A stretch of DNA of 64,000 bases from a bacterium. Its GTDB lineage: Bacteria; Patescibacteriota; Minisyncoccia; JACQLN01. The stretch covers positions 11,831-75,830 of the forward strand of contig JAUYOV010000004.1 of the NCBI GenBank assembly GCA_030697795.1, given 5' to 3'. Positions 56,204-64,000 of the stretch are shown piece after piece; position 1 is the first letter of the stretch, and the number at the start of each line of letters is the position of its first letter. A program made the translations under genes and the position numbers. The notes beneath the pieces are model-generated. The model was not told where the DNA came from. It saw only the letters and a program-made list of their open reading frames with translations, and ran no database searches.

Positions 56204-57520
56204 TTAATAGGAAGGAAGCCCTGCTGGCGGTTCGCCTTTTTTGGCCTGAACCCTAGGCAAACTGGGCGCCATAACCACTCGGCCCGGAAAGTGAAATACC
56301 GTTGCTAATTCTTCTATATTCATAACAGACATAACTTTAGGACGTCCTCTAATTCTATATTGATACAATAACCATTTCTTTTTCTGCGCTTCTTTCATTT
56401 TTTTGAAAGGAAATCTGCCGGCAGTTAAAGTGGCATTATTTCTTTTGATAGCATTCAAATTTTGCGTACTAAATTGGTTAAAACCCGAAGATATATGAAA
56501 AAAATTTGGGATGTAAAAAGCATCCTTAGTAGCTATATATACAACTCTTATAACTGTTTCAAAAGCTACTTTAGCAATTTTTCGCTCAATAGCTTCTATA
56601 ATTTCTTTTTCGCCAGAGGTAAGAAACTGCATTAAAGAATGAGGTTTATCGCTTTTAGGCGTGCCCCATTCAAAAGGTTCAAATTCTGGAGTTTTAAACG
56701 GAGCCTGCACCGCGCCTTTAGCATAGTCGGATAATTCTTTTTTTAATAACGCCAACATATATGAACCCTGCGGCACTTCTTTTTTAGGACGGCCCACCAA
56801 TTTTAAAACTGTTTCCATAGCCAGATTTTTCCAAGTGTCATCTGTTGGCCTTATGGCGATTTGGATCCAGCCCTGTTCACCTTTTTTCAACCGAGTTAAT
56901 GTTTCCGTTATACCAGCTAAAGGGTCAACCAACGCAATATTAGAACCGCCTTCTTTGCTCGTTTCTGTTTTTAATTCAAAATCTTTGTAGGTGCGTATGG
57001 GATAGCCGTCCTCACGGCCCAATCTAAATTCAGAGCCAAAAAGATTATGCGTTTCGTTGGGAATTATCATGGGCACATTGGCTGTATAATCTTCGGCATC
57101 AAAAATTTCGGCCTGGGGATATTGAGCATAAATAGCCGCTTCTACTAAATTTCTAAATTGATTTAAGGTGCGAATATAAAAATGCAGTTCGCCTTCGAAA
57201 GAAGTTATTTCTAAACTAAACCATTCTTGGACGCGGCCCTCCACATAACGCTTCCACCAACTACCTTTAAAAAGAGTGCTTTGAATAATTGCCAAAACCT
57301 GCTCCATGGCTAGCGGGCTTTTTTCCACATCTGGCGGCAAGCGGAACTCCAGCATCTCCCATTTAAACTTTTTCATAGTACGAATGCGGATATAATACAA
57401 CCACGCGTCCCATAAAAATGGCGCCAAAAGAATAGGCAAGAAAACCCAGCCCCATAGCCAAATATGGTGCCAGACTATTCCCAAAACATCGAACATTAAA
57501 CTAAACGGATTTTGGATCAT
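56204..57520 (-). CDS. Hypothetical membrane protein (N-terminal TM hairpin), putative partner of the ATPase
   Basis: ORF only. Confidence 0.4.
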   Translation of the reverse strand: MIQNPFSLMFDVLGIVWHHIWLWGWVFLPILLAPFLWDAWLYYIRIRTMKKFKWEMLEFRLPPDVEKSPLAMEQVLAIIQSTLFKGSWWKRYVEGRVQEWFSLEITSFEGELHFYIRTLNQFRNLVEAAIYAQYPQAEIFDAEDYTANVPMIIPNETHNLFGSEFRLGREDGYPIRTYKDFELKTETSKEGGSNIALVDPLAGITETLTRLKKGEQGWIQIAIRPTDDTWKNLAMETVLKLVGRPKKEVPQGSYMLALLKKELSDYAKGAVQAPFKTPEFEPFEWGTPKSDKPHSLMQFLTSGEKEIIEAIERKIAKVAFETVIRVVYIATKDAFYIPNFFHISSGFNQFSTQNLNAIKRNNATLTAGRFPFKKMKEAQKKKWLLYQYRIRGRPKVMSVMNIEELATVFHFPGRVVMAPSLPRVQAKKGEPPAGLPSY

Positions 57521-57704
57521 CTTATTATATATTTTATCATTTTACCCCGTGTAATCCAAAATAAGTTATGCAGTATAAAATAGAGTGATATTATCCAGAA
57601 AATTAAGCGGAATGAACAAGTACGTAAGAAAGGATTTTACGGGACTTTGTAATCTTAATAAAACAAAAAGAGCGAAGCGGTTTTACGCTTCGCTCTAACA
57701 CGAA

Positions 57705-59579
57705 CTACTTCTTTTCCAAAACCTTGACCATGACCGAGCCAAAACCTTCCGGCAAAACCCAATCTAGTTTTTTCTCCAGACTAGTCGTATCGTTGTAGAT
57801 AGTGAGTTCTTCCAGAACAGGCAATAACATCGTCGACACCAACCCCGTTGAGTCTGACTTGGTTGAGTCTATTTTAGCCGCCTCAGAAATAGCGGTCAAC
57901 AAACTATCAACCGATACTTCTGTTGGCAAAGGCTGGCTAAAAGCAAGGATGACTTTCAAAATGGCTTTGGGTTCAGGACCATTCATGAAGTCAAAAACAT
58001 CTTGCAGGTTTCCAAACTCAACCGAACTGGGAGTGTCGTCATAATCAGCATCTTTGCCCAAAGAATACAGTGAGCCCACGGTCAAACTGTAGATGCCGGC
58101 CGCAAATGTATCCGGCACAGCTACTATCACATTGAAATCAGCATCCTTACTTCCTCCGACCCTTAAGCTAAATTTGACCGACAGGTCGCTACCGGCCGTG
58201 ACCACACTATCTGCTTCAAGCGCGATCGGCATAGCAAACAAAGCATCGTCCACTACATCCACGCTCATTTGGATACTACGGAACTCCAAATTGGCGTATC
58301 CGTTGGCCACGGAGTTCAAATAGACGCTAAAGACAAAATCGAACAGTGCCTCACCCAACACGTCTATCACCCCAGAATTGGGAAAAGCATAGATTCTCTC
58401 GCGCTCAACCTTTAAATCGGAATTAGTGAAGCTCGCCTCTGTTCGGACTTTCAGGCTCTTGCCGGTGGAATTATCCAACCGGTTGGCCAATGGCGACAAG
58501 AGCGTAACTCCTGTCATTATAGCCTGATTGAATAAGCCAAAACCGGACAGTTGCGTTCGAGCCATTCGGTGATTCATGCTAAAGGCTTTTTCACCAAAAA
58601 TGGAAGCGCTGAAGACCAGCGGAATCATATCGGGCTCTTGGCCAATCACACCTCCGACTCCGGGCATGCGATCATAAAGAATTGTTCCTAGAACTTTGTT
58701 GCCCAGAGTGGCAAATTTGAAAGGCGAGTTGAGATTACTTATCTCGCCCAGAACCTCGGCGCCGATTATCGGGATCGAAGTCTGACCATTGCCTAAAAAA
58801 GGATGGCCGAAACCGAGAATATTGTTACCCTCAACATAGGTTGCCGTTCCCACGGCTCCGATATTTACTTCATCGCCCGTAAATAAGGCAGCAGCCAAGG
58901 AACTGCCGGGTTTAAATTCTTGTTCGATTTTGCCGCCAACTCCAGCAGAACCGGATGCCGCGAGCAAATTGAGATGACTCTCGTCGCCCAATTTGTCGGC
59001 ATACTTTCGCATAGCCGCATCAAGCAGACGGTTGTTCACACCCGACATCAATAGGGGCAAAGCCAATGGTCTAACAATGTTTCCATTCCAAACCACCGGC
59101 TTACTGGATCTGATTTCCGGGTCGATGATGCCTTTTTGCATCCACTCAATTGGGGTTGCAAAAAAATAGTAAGGTGAGCTGTTCTCCGAATCAAAGCCCA
59201 TGGACAAAGCACCAATCACGCCGTCTTTTGTAAAAACTGGTGAACCCGACTGGCCACGAACCGCAGGACGCGAGGATTTGAACATGACCACTGGCATCGG
59301 TGGGACAAAATCGTCCACCACCGAAACCAATGCAACTTCAAAGTCTTCCATCTCGCCAAAAACAGAAGTTCGCACATACATCTTTGTTCCTGCGGGCATA
59401 GCCCGAACTGAATCCAATGGCACAATCTTGGTGAGATCCCAAGAAGAAGTATCCATATTGTTCGTTTCTACAACCACACCCTCATCTTCTGCGTTCGAGG
59501 ACAACACTGTTTTGCTTTTGCTATCACAGGCCAAAAGGCCAAGAGTGATAGCGAAAAGCCAAGTCAAATGATGAAACAT
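57705..59579 (-). CDS. Lipoprotein with a trypsin-like/SpoIVB-like serine protease motif
   Basis: Lipobox LGLLAC; RGQSGSPVF (GxSGSP serine-protease signature); GC ~45%. Confidence 0.45.
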   Translation of the reverse strand: MFHHLTWLFAITLGLLACDSKSKTVLSSNAEDEGVVVETNNMDTSSWDLTKIVPLDSVRAMPAGTKMYVRTSVFGEMEDFEVALVSVVDDFVPPMPVVMFKSSRPAVRGQSGSPVFTKDGVIGALSMGFDSENSSPYYFFATPIEWMQKGIIDPEIRSSKPVVWNGNIVRPLALPLLMSGVNNRLLDAAMRKYADKLGDESHLNLLAASGSAGVGGKIEQEFKPGSSLAAALFTGDEVNIGAVGTATYVEGNNILGFGHPFLGNGQTSIPIIGAEVLGEISNLNSPFKFATLGNKVLGTILYDRMPGVGGVIGQEPDMIPLVFSASIFGEKAFSMNHRMARTQLSGFGLFNQAIMTGVTLLSPLANRLDNSTGKSLKVRTEASFTNSDLKVERERIYAFPNSGVIDVLGEALFDFVFSVYLNSVANGYANLEFRSIQMSVDVVDDALFAMPIALEADSVVTAGSDLSVKFSLRVGGSKDADFNVIVAVPDTFAAGIYSLTVGSLYSLGKDADYDDTPSSVEFGNLQDVFDFMNGPEPKAILKVILAFSQPLPTEVSVDSLLTAISEAAKIDSTKSDSTGLVSTMLLPVLEELTIYNDTTSLEKKLDWVLPEGFGSVMVKVLEKK

Positions 59580-59690
59580 AAAAACCTCCGCGGATTAAGG
59601 TAAAAAAATCAAAGAACACGAATATGCATTAAAGCAAATATTTGACTAGATGTCAAATAAGTTTGTTTTTATCAGACTTTCTTAAAATAA

Positions 59691-59722
59691 CAGGAAGGGC
59701 GGTCCTTCCGATAAATTTCCTA
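59691..59722. repeat. Distant copy of REP1 (CAGGAAGGGCGGTCCTTCCGATAAATTTCCTAG)
   Basis: About 33 kb from RAYT-1. Confidence 0.75.
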
Positions 59723-59740
59723 GGTTTTTAGCAAATAAAA

Positions 59741-59768
59741 ATCGTCCCCGTTTTATTGGGGACGAAAT
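59741..59768. terminator. Terminator hairpin TCGTCCCCGTTTTATTGGGGACGA
   Basis: 8-bp stem, flanked by A and T runs. Confidence 0.5.
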
Positions 59769-59789
59769 CATAAAGGTAGACTTTTTGAG

Positions 59790-60125
59790 TCATCTCTCGG
59801 CGGTGCAGTCAGGGTCGTGAAGTGGAATACTTACATCATCTTTTATTATTTCTTCTAGATCCTCAATCCAAACCAATCTAGGGAAGACAACAGACATTTT
59901 AGTACCACTACAAGTTGCCTTTGTTGACTCCAAAAGAGATCTACATTTCTTGGCCATTTCTTGCCTAAGAGACAAAAAATGTTCATTCTCGTGAGAAACA
60001 GCTATAGGAACTGATAAACAATCTTTTTCAACTAATTTAAAATCTCCGAATTTATTTTCGGATCTAACATTATACATCAAATACCAAGCCATGACCGACC
60101 TTCCTTTTTTAGAGTTAAAGAACAA
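59790..60125 (-). CDS. Hypothetical protein
   Basis: ORF only. Confidence 0.35.
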   Translation of the reverse strand: MFFNSKKGRSVMAWYLMYNVRSENKFGDFKLVEKDCLSVPIAVSHENEHFLSLRQEMAKKCRSLLESTKATCSGTKMSVVFPRLVWIEDLEEIIKDDVSIPLHDPDCTAER

Positions 60126-60192
60126 ATCCGATAGACTATAATCTACAACATTTCGACTAATAAAATCAAATCCCTAGTGGCTAGTCCCTATT

Positions 60193-61224
60193 TTAGACTA
60201 AATGATATTTGTTATCGTCTTTCTTTTTAAAGCCGTTTAAATTTAGAATAATTGTGCTTGGTTTTACCATTCTTTTATCTAGAACGGATTTAACCACATC
60301 TTCCCGAGTCATTGGGCCTTTAGCTGTGAGCACGCTTTTAATTACATCCTTAACTGTGCCAGCTTCAAAACCCCAATCTTTTAAAGCATATAAACCTCGG
60401 CCCACCAAAACGAACCGGCCGTCTTTTATAAGTTCGTTGTGAACTGTTTGAGGTAAAGCTATGCGTTTAGAAAAACTAGCTTTATTAATTTCGCTGGCAA
60501 CTTCGGTAAAGTGCATCGGCTTTTGCACGCGCTTCATTACCAAATAAGCTTTGTCGCGCACACCCCGAGGCGAAACTTCGGCCCAAGAAATCATGCCCCA
60601 TTCGCCAAAAGAATTTTTAGAAATATTTTTAGCCGAAGTTAAATAGGCCAAAACCATATCTTTGTTTAAAATAGCATTATGTTTCTTAGCCCAATTAATC
60701 ATTTCTTCAAAACCCACCACTTTCTTTTCTTTCTTTAACTGGCTAGTTAAATGTGCCACCAAAGCTTCTTGATTTTTTACATGAGAATTGTCTAAAGCCC
60801 AGCGAGGCCAAAAATTTTCGTCTTCTTTGGTTCGCACAAAACTACCCGCCAAGTTTAAGAAAAACATAGTGGCGCCTTCGTATTTATTGGTGGCTTCTGG
60901 TTTTGTTTCAAAGTGAGTAGAAGCAAAACTGGCCTTTAAATCGTTTTCATCCATAACACCGCCATTAGCTTTAATAAAATCGTTTAAAACTATAATCACT
61001 GGTTTTATAGTAGGTTCGTTGGAAGCGCTTTTAATATGCTTTAAAGCATCGGCTTCTATTTGGCGAACCCTTTCGCGGGTAATGCCATAGCGCTGGCCTA
61101 TGGCCTCTAAAGTTTCGTAATCATCTTTACCAATGCCAAATCGGGACAAAATTATGTCCTTGGAGCGATCCGACAAGTTATCCACTAATCGGCTAACAAT
61201 TTTTTTGATATCAAACTTGACCAT
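60193..61224 (-). CDS. Protein with N-terminal sigma-70 region-4 HTH fused to a ~280-aa domain of unknown function
   Basis: RFGIGKDDYETLEAIGQRYGITRERVRQIEADALKHIK parallels the rpoD region 4 in this window ([27 protein letters not shown]). Confidence 0.55.
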   Translation of the reverse strand: MVKFDIKKIVSRLVDNLSDRSKDIILSRFGIGKDDYETLEAIGQRYGITRERVRQIEADALKHIKSASNEPTIKPVIIVLNDFIKANGGVMDENDLKASFASTHFETKPEATNKYEGATMFFLNLAGSFVRTKEDENFWPRWALDNSHVKNQEALVAHLTSQLKKEKKVVGFEEMINWAKKHNAILNKDMVLAYLTSAKNISKNSFGEWGMISWAEVSPRGVRDKAYLVMKRVQKPMHFTEVASEINKASFSKRIALPQTVHNELIKDGRFVLVGRGLYALKDWGFEAGTVKDVIKSVLTAKGPMTREDVVKSVLDKRMVKPSTIILNLNGFKKKDDNKYHLV

Positions 61225-61352
61225 TTTGGTAAACCCAGTAAAGCACCTCTAGAAACTAGATGCAACCGAGCTAATATTAACTTTTAAGCTTTTATATACT
61301 ATCATTACCCAAAACATATGTCAACTACCCATAGTACCCAAGCAAAACTAGG

Positions 61353-62240
61353 CTATTTATGCTTGGAGCCCGCCCAAAGACTTAATATGGGACTTGCCAA
61401 AAATATAGAGGAATAAGTTCCAAAAAAAACCCCTATAAGCAAGACAAGTGATAGATTTTTAGTGCTGGCCCCACCTAAAAAGTAACTGGCCAAAAGCACT
61501 AAAAACACCGTGAAAGAAGTATTTATAGAACGGGCTAAAGTTTGGTTAACGCTGTTATTTATAGTTGTAGAAAAGTTTTCGGCAGGATTTTTTCTTAAGT
61601 TTTCTCTGATTCTATCAAAAACCACAATGGTATCGTGAACCGAAAAACCTAAAATAGTTAAAATGGCCGTAACAAAATAAGCATCAACTTCTATACCGTA
61701 AAAATGCCCCAGAACAGCAAAGAGGCCCATAGGAATCGTAACATCATGCACCAGCGCAACAATGGCTATAACGCCATACTTCCAAGAAGAAACTGGTTTT
61801 GATACTTTTCTAAAAGCCCAAGCAATATAGGCCACTATCAAGACTAAAACGTAAGCGAGCGCCTTAACAGATTTTTTTTGAAGTTCTTTACCTATAACCG
61901 GTCCAATGGAATCAAATTTTTTCTCTTCTATGGGAAAAGCATCATTAAGATCCCGCTTCATAGCCTCGTGCGTATTTTCATTGACCGATCTAAATTTTAA
62001 AATTAAGCCCTTATCGCCGGTAGGCTGTAAAACAGAACTTTCTAATTTATAAAAAGATAAAGACTTTAAAACATCTTCATTGGCAGGGCGTGTATCTTTA
62101 AATTCAATTTCCCACTGTGAACCGCCCGTAAAATCAATACCAAATTTTAAACCCCAAAACAGCACAGGCAAAATACTAACGACAACCAATATTGCCGAAA
62201 TGGTTAAATATATTTTTCTGTTGGGAATTACAGCGAGCAT
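61353..62240 (-). CDS. secF: Protein translocase subunit SecF
   Basis: FGIDFTGG motif, 6 TM. Confidence 0.9.
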   Translation of the reverse strand: MLAVIPNRKIYLTISAILVVVSILPVLFWGLKFGIDFTGGSQWEIEFKDTRPANEDVLKSLSFYKLESSVLQPTGDKGLILKFRSVNENTHEAMKRDLNDAFPIEEKKFDSIGPVIGKELQKKSVKALAYVLVLIVAYIAWAFRKVSKPVSSWKYGVIAIVALVHDVTIPMGLFAVLGHFYGIEVDAYFVTAILTILGFSVHDTIVVFDRIRENLRKNPAENFSTTINNSVNQTLARSINTSFTVFLVLLASYFLGGASTKNLSLVLLIGVFFGTYSSIFLASPILSLWAGSKHK

Positions 62241-62373
62241 AATTTATAAATTTCTAATATCTAATTTCTAATCAAATTCTAATGCCTAATAACTAAAGTA
62301 TAAATTTTGGCATTAGACCTTTGGTAATTAGTCATTGATTAGGAATTAGTAATTAGATGTTAGTCATTTTTTA

Positions 62374-63702
62374 TTATTGTTTCCACAAAAACTTTACCCT
62401 CTCTAATCTTGTGCCTTCAAAAACTCTTAAAAATGTTCTGGTTAAAGTAATAGCAGAAAACATTGAAATTAAAATACCAATAATAAGCGTTAAGGCAAAA
62501 CCCCTAACCAAACTGGAACCAAAAGTATAAAGCACACCAGCCGTAATTAAACTAGAAACATTAGAATCGCGAATAGATGTCCAGGCTCTGGCAAAACCCT
62601 CTTTGACAGCAAGTCCAAAGGCCTTGCCGCTTCTTAATTCTTCTTTCATCCTTTCAAAGATTAAAACATTAGCATCCACCGCCATACCAATAGAAAGAAT
62701 AAAACCCGTAATGCCTGCCAAAGTTAGGGTAACTGGAATCAATTTAAATATAGCCAGAGAAATTATGGTATAAATTATTAAAGCCAAAACCGCCATAATA
62801 CCAGCCAAGCGATACCATATAATCATAAACAGCACCACTAAAACAAAACCTATAATACCTGCCACCAAACTCTTTTCCAAAGAAGCCTGGCCCAGCGTGG
62901 CGCCTACGCTTTGCTGTGAAATTAATTCTATAGGCACAGGCAAAGCGCCAGAATTTAAACGCTCCACCAAAGTTTTAGCTTCATCTATAGAAAAATTACC
63001 AGTTATTTGAGCGCTACCGTCTAAAATTTCCTGCTGAACCACTGGAGCCGATATGGGCAAACCATCTAAATAGATAGCTAACTGCTTACCCACGTTCTTT
63101 TTGGTTATTTCGGCAAAAAGTTGCTTGCCAATATCGTCAAATTCTAATAAAACTTCTGGACGAGTTGTTTGAGAATCAAAAGCCAAGCTAGCTTTTTTAA
63201 TATAACGGCCACTTAAACCGGAAGAAACAAAGTAAGGATCGGCTTGGGACAAATCTGGCTCTTTACCGCCTAGCAAATCAAGAGCTTTTTTTACTTCTTC
63301 TTCGCTACGCTGTTCTTTAAATTCTAAAAATGGAGTTTGGCCAATCAGTTTTATGGCTTGATTGATATCTTTTACGCCCGCGAGTTCCACAATCAGCCTC
63401 CAATTTTCGCCCGAATGATTTACAGTTATGGCAGGCTCCGAAACTCCAAAAAAATTAACTCGGCGTTCCACCACATCTTTTAAGCCATTCATATAAGAAT
63501 CTTTCTCGCTTTCTTCTACTTGAGAAAGATCAGCCTGATAAACCAAATGCGTGCCCCCCAAAAGATCTAAACCCAAACGAAATGGTTTTAGAAAAAAGTT
63601 TGGATAAAAACTATCAGTATCATTATTACCTGCTGGATAAATAAAAAGACCAGCTATAATAGCTAAAACTAATATAAGAGGTATAACAATTCTCGGAGAC
63701 AT
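62374..63702 (-). CDS. secD: Protein translocase subunit SecD
   Basis: LGLDLLGGTHLVYQ motif, RND-like TM bundle. Confidence 0.9.
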   Translation of the reverse strand: MSPRIVIPLILVLAIIAGLFIYPAGNNDTDSFYPNFFLKPFRLGLDLLGGTHLVYQADLSQVEESEKDSYMNGLKDVVERRVNFFGVSEPAITVNHSGENWRLIVELAGVKDINQAIKLIGQTPFLEFKEQRSEEEVKKALDLLGGKEPDLSQADPYFVSSGLSGRYIKKASLAFDSQTTRPEVLLEFDDIGKQLFAEITKKNVGKQLAIYLDGLPISAPVVQQEILDGSAQITGNFSIDEAKTLVERLNSGALPVPIELISQQSVGATLGQASLEKSLVAGIIGFVLVVLFMIIWYRLAGIMAVLALIIYTIISLAIFKLIPVTLTLAGITGFILSIGMAVDANVLIFERMKEELRSGKAFGLAVKEGFARAWTSIRDSNVSSLITAGVLYTFGSSLVRGFALTLIIGILISMFSAITLTRTFLRVFEGTRLERVKFLWKQ

Positions 63703-63852
63703 TGAATTTATTTATTTAACATCATGTATAACAGCTAAAAAATATTTTGGCAAGTCAAAACAACCAAACTAACAATGTTAACGCAATCAACGATCGTTTA
63801 TTATATTAACATTGTGTTGGGTATTGATTTATTTCAGGTATAACTAAAAAAT

Positions 63853-64000
63853 TATAAAATCTTCAATTGTTTCAAGGCCTTTTCGTAAGTATCGTAAACA
63901 TCGCGGGCTTGGTTGTAAGAAAGCCTGTAAGTGGCATCGTGCACCAGAGAATTTCTAACTTTGTGCACGCGCCAAACATCGTTAATATTGGGCAAATGTT
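63853..64000 (-). CDS. C-terminal fragment of a gene running off the window end; carries an Rx4-6H HEPN-like motif (VRNSLVHD)
   Basis: Frame ...HLPNINDVWRVHKVRNSLVHDATYRLSYNQARDVYDTYEKALKQLKIL* with TAA at 63853-63855. Confidence 0.3.

Overview
The window looks like a low-GC (~37%), gene-dense, mostly minus-strand fragment of a small-genome bacterium. The gene content (minimal metabolism, reduced housekeeping proteins, compact ribosomal-protein cluster) resembles Candidate Phyla Radiation/Patescibacteria, though that lineage call is inference only. Most of the window is conserved housekeeping genes: rnpB RNA, rnhA, recJ, pgk, tpiA, galT, ruvX, map, adk, a UvrD-like helicase fused to a Cas4-like nuclease, rpoD, dnaG, rpsF-ssb-rpsR, a second sigma factor, recA, ftsK, tRNA-His, tRNA-Ile, mreBC, proS, rseP, frr, holB, a second mreB, rpsI-rplM-rplQ-rpoA-rpsD-rpsK-rpsM-rpmJ-infA, alaS, mnmA, secDF. 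The unusual part is a dense set of repeats and palindromes: two HuH tyrosine transposases of the REP-associated type (RAYT), each bracketed by its own REP palindrome; a four-copy ~80-nt hairpin element with a conserved core and covarying closing stems; and a GCGATCGC-core palindrome family flanking one of two PaaX/Cas2-fold winged-helix proteins, the other being flanked by a different palindrome. Copies of these short elements also sit in frame inside essential genes (recJ, helicase, alaS, mnmA) and inside the RNase P RNA gene. Two compositionally foreign GC-rich genes (18174-18995 and 35648-35872) share a conserved hairpin-plus-promoter cassette. Other notable items are a tRNA-Ile with a ~31-nt D-loop insertion, a frameshifted IS481-like element at the mnmA 3' end, a VirD4/TraG-like ATPase with a membrane partner and a lipoprotein serine protease, an RNA polymerase alpha subunit lacking the C-terminal domain, and an orphan MazF/EndoA-like toxin. 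No CRISPR array and no rRNA were found.
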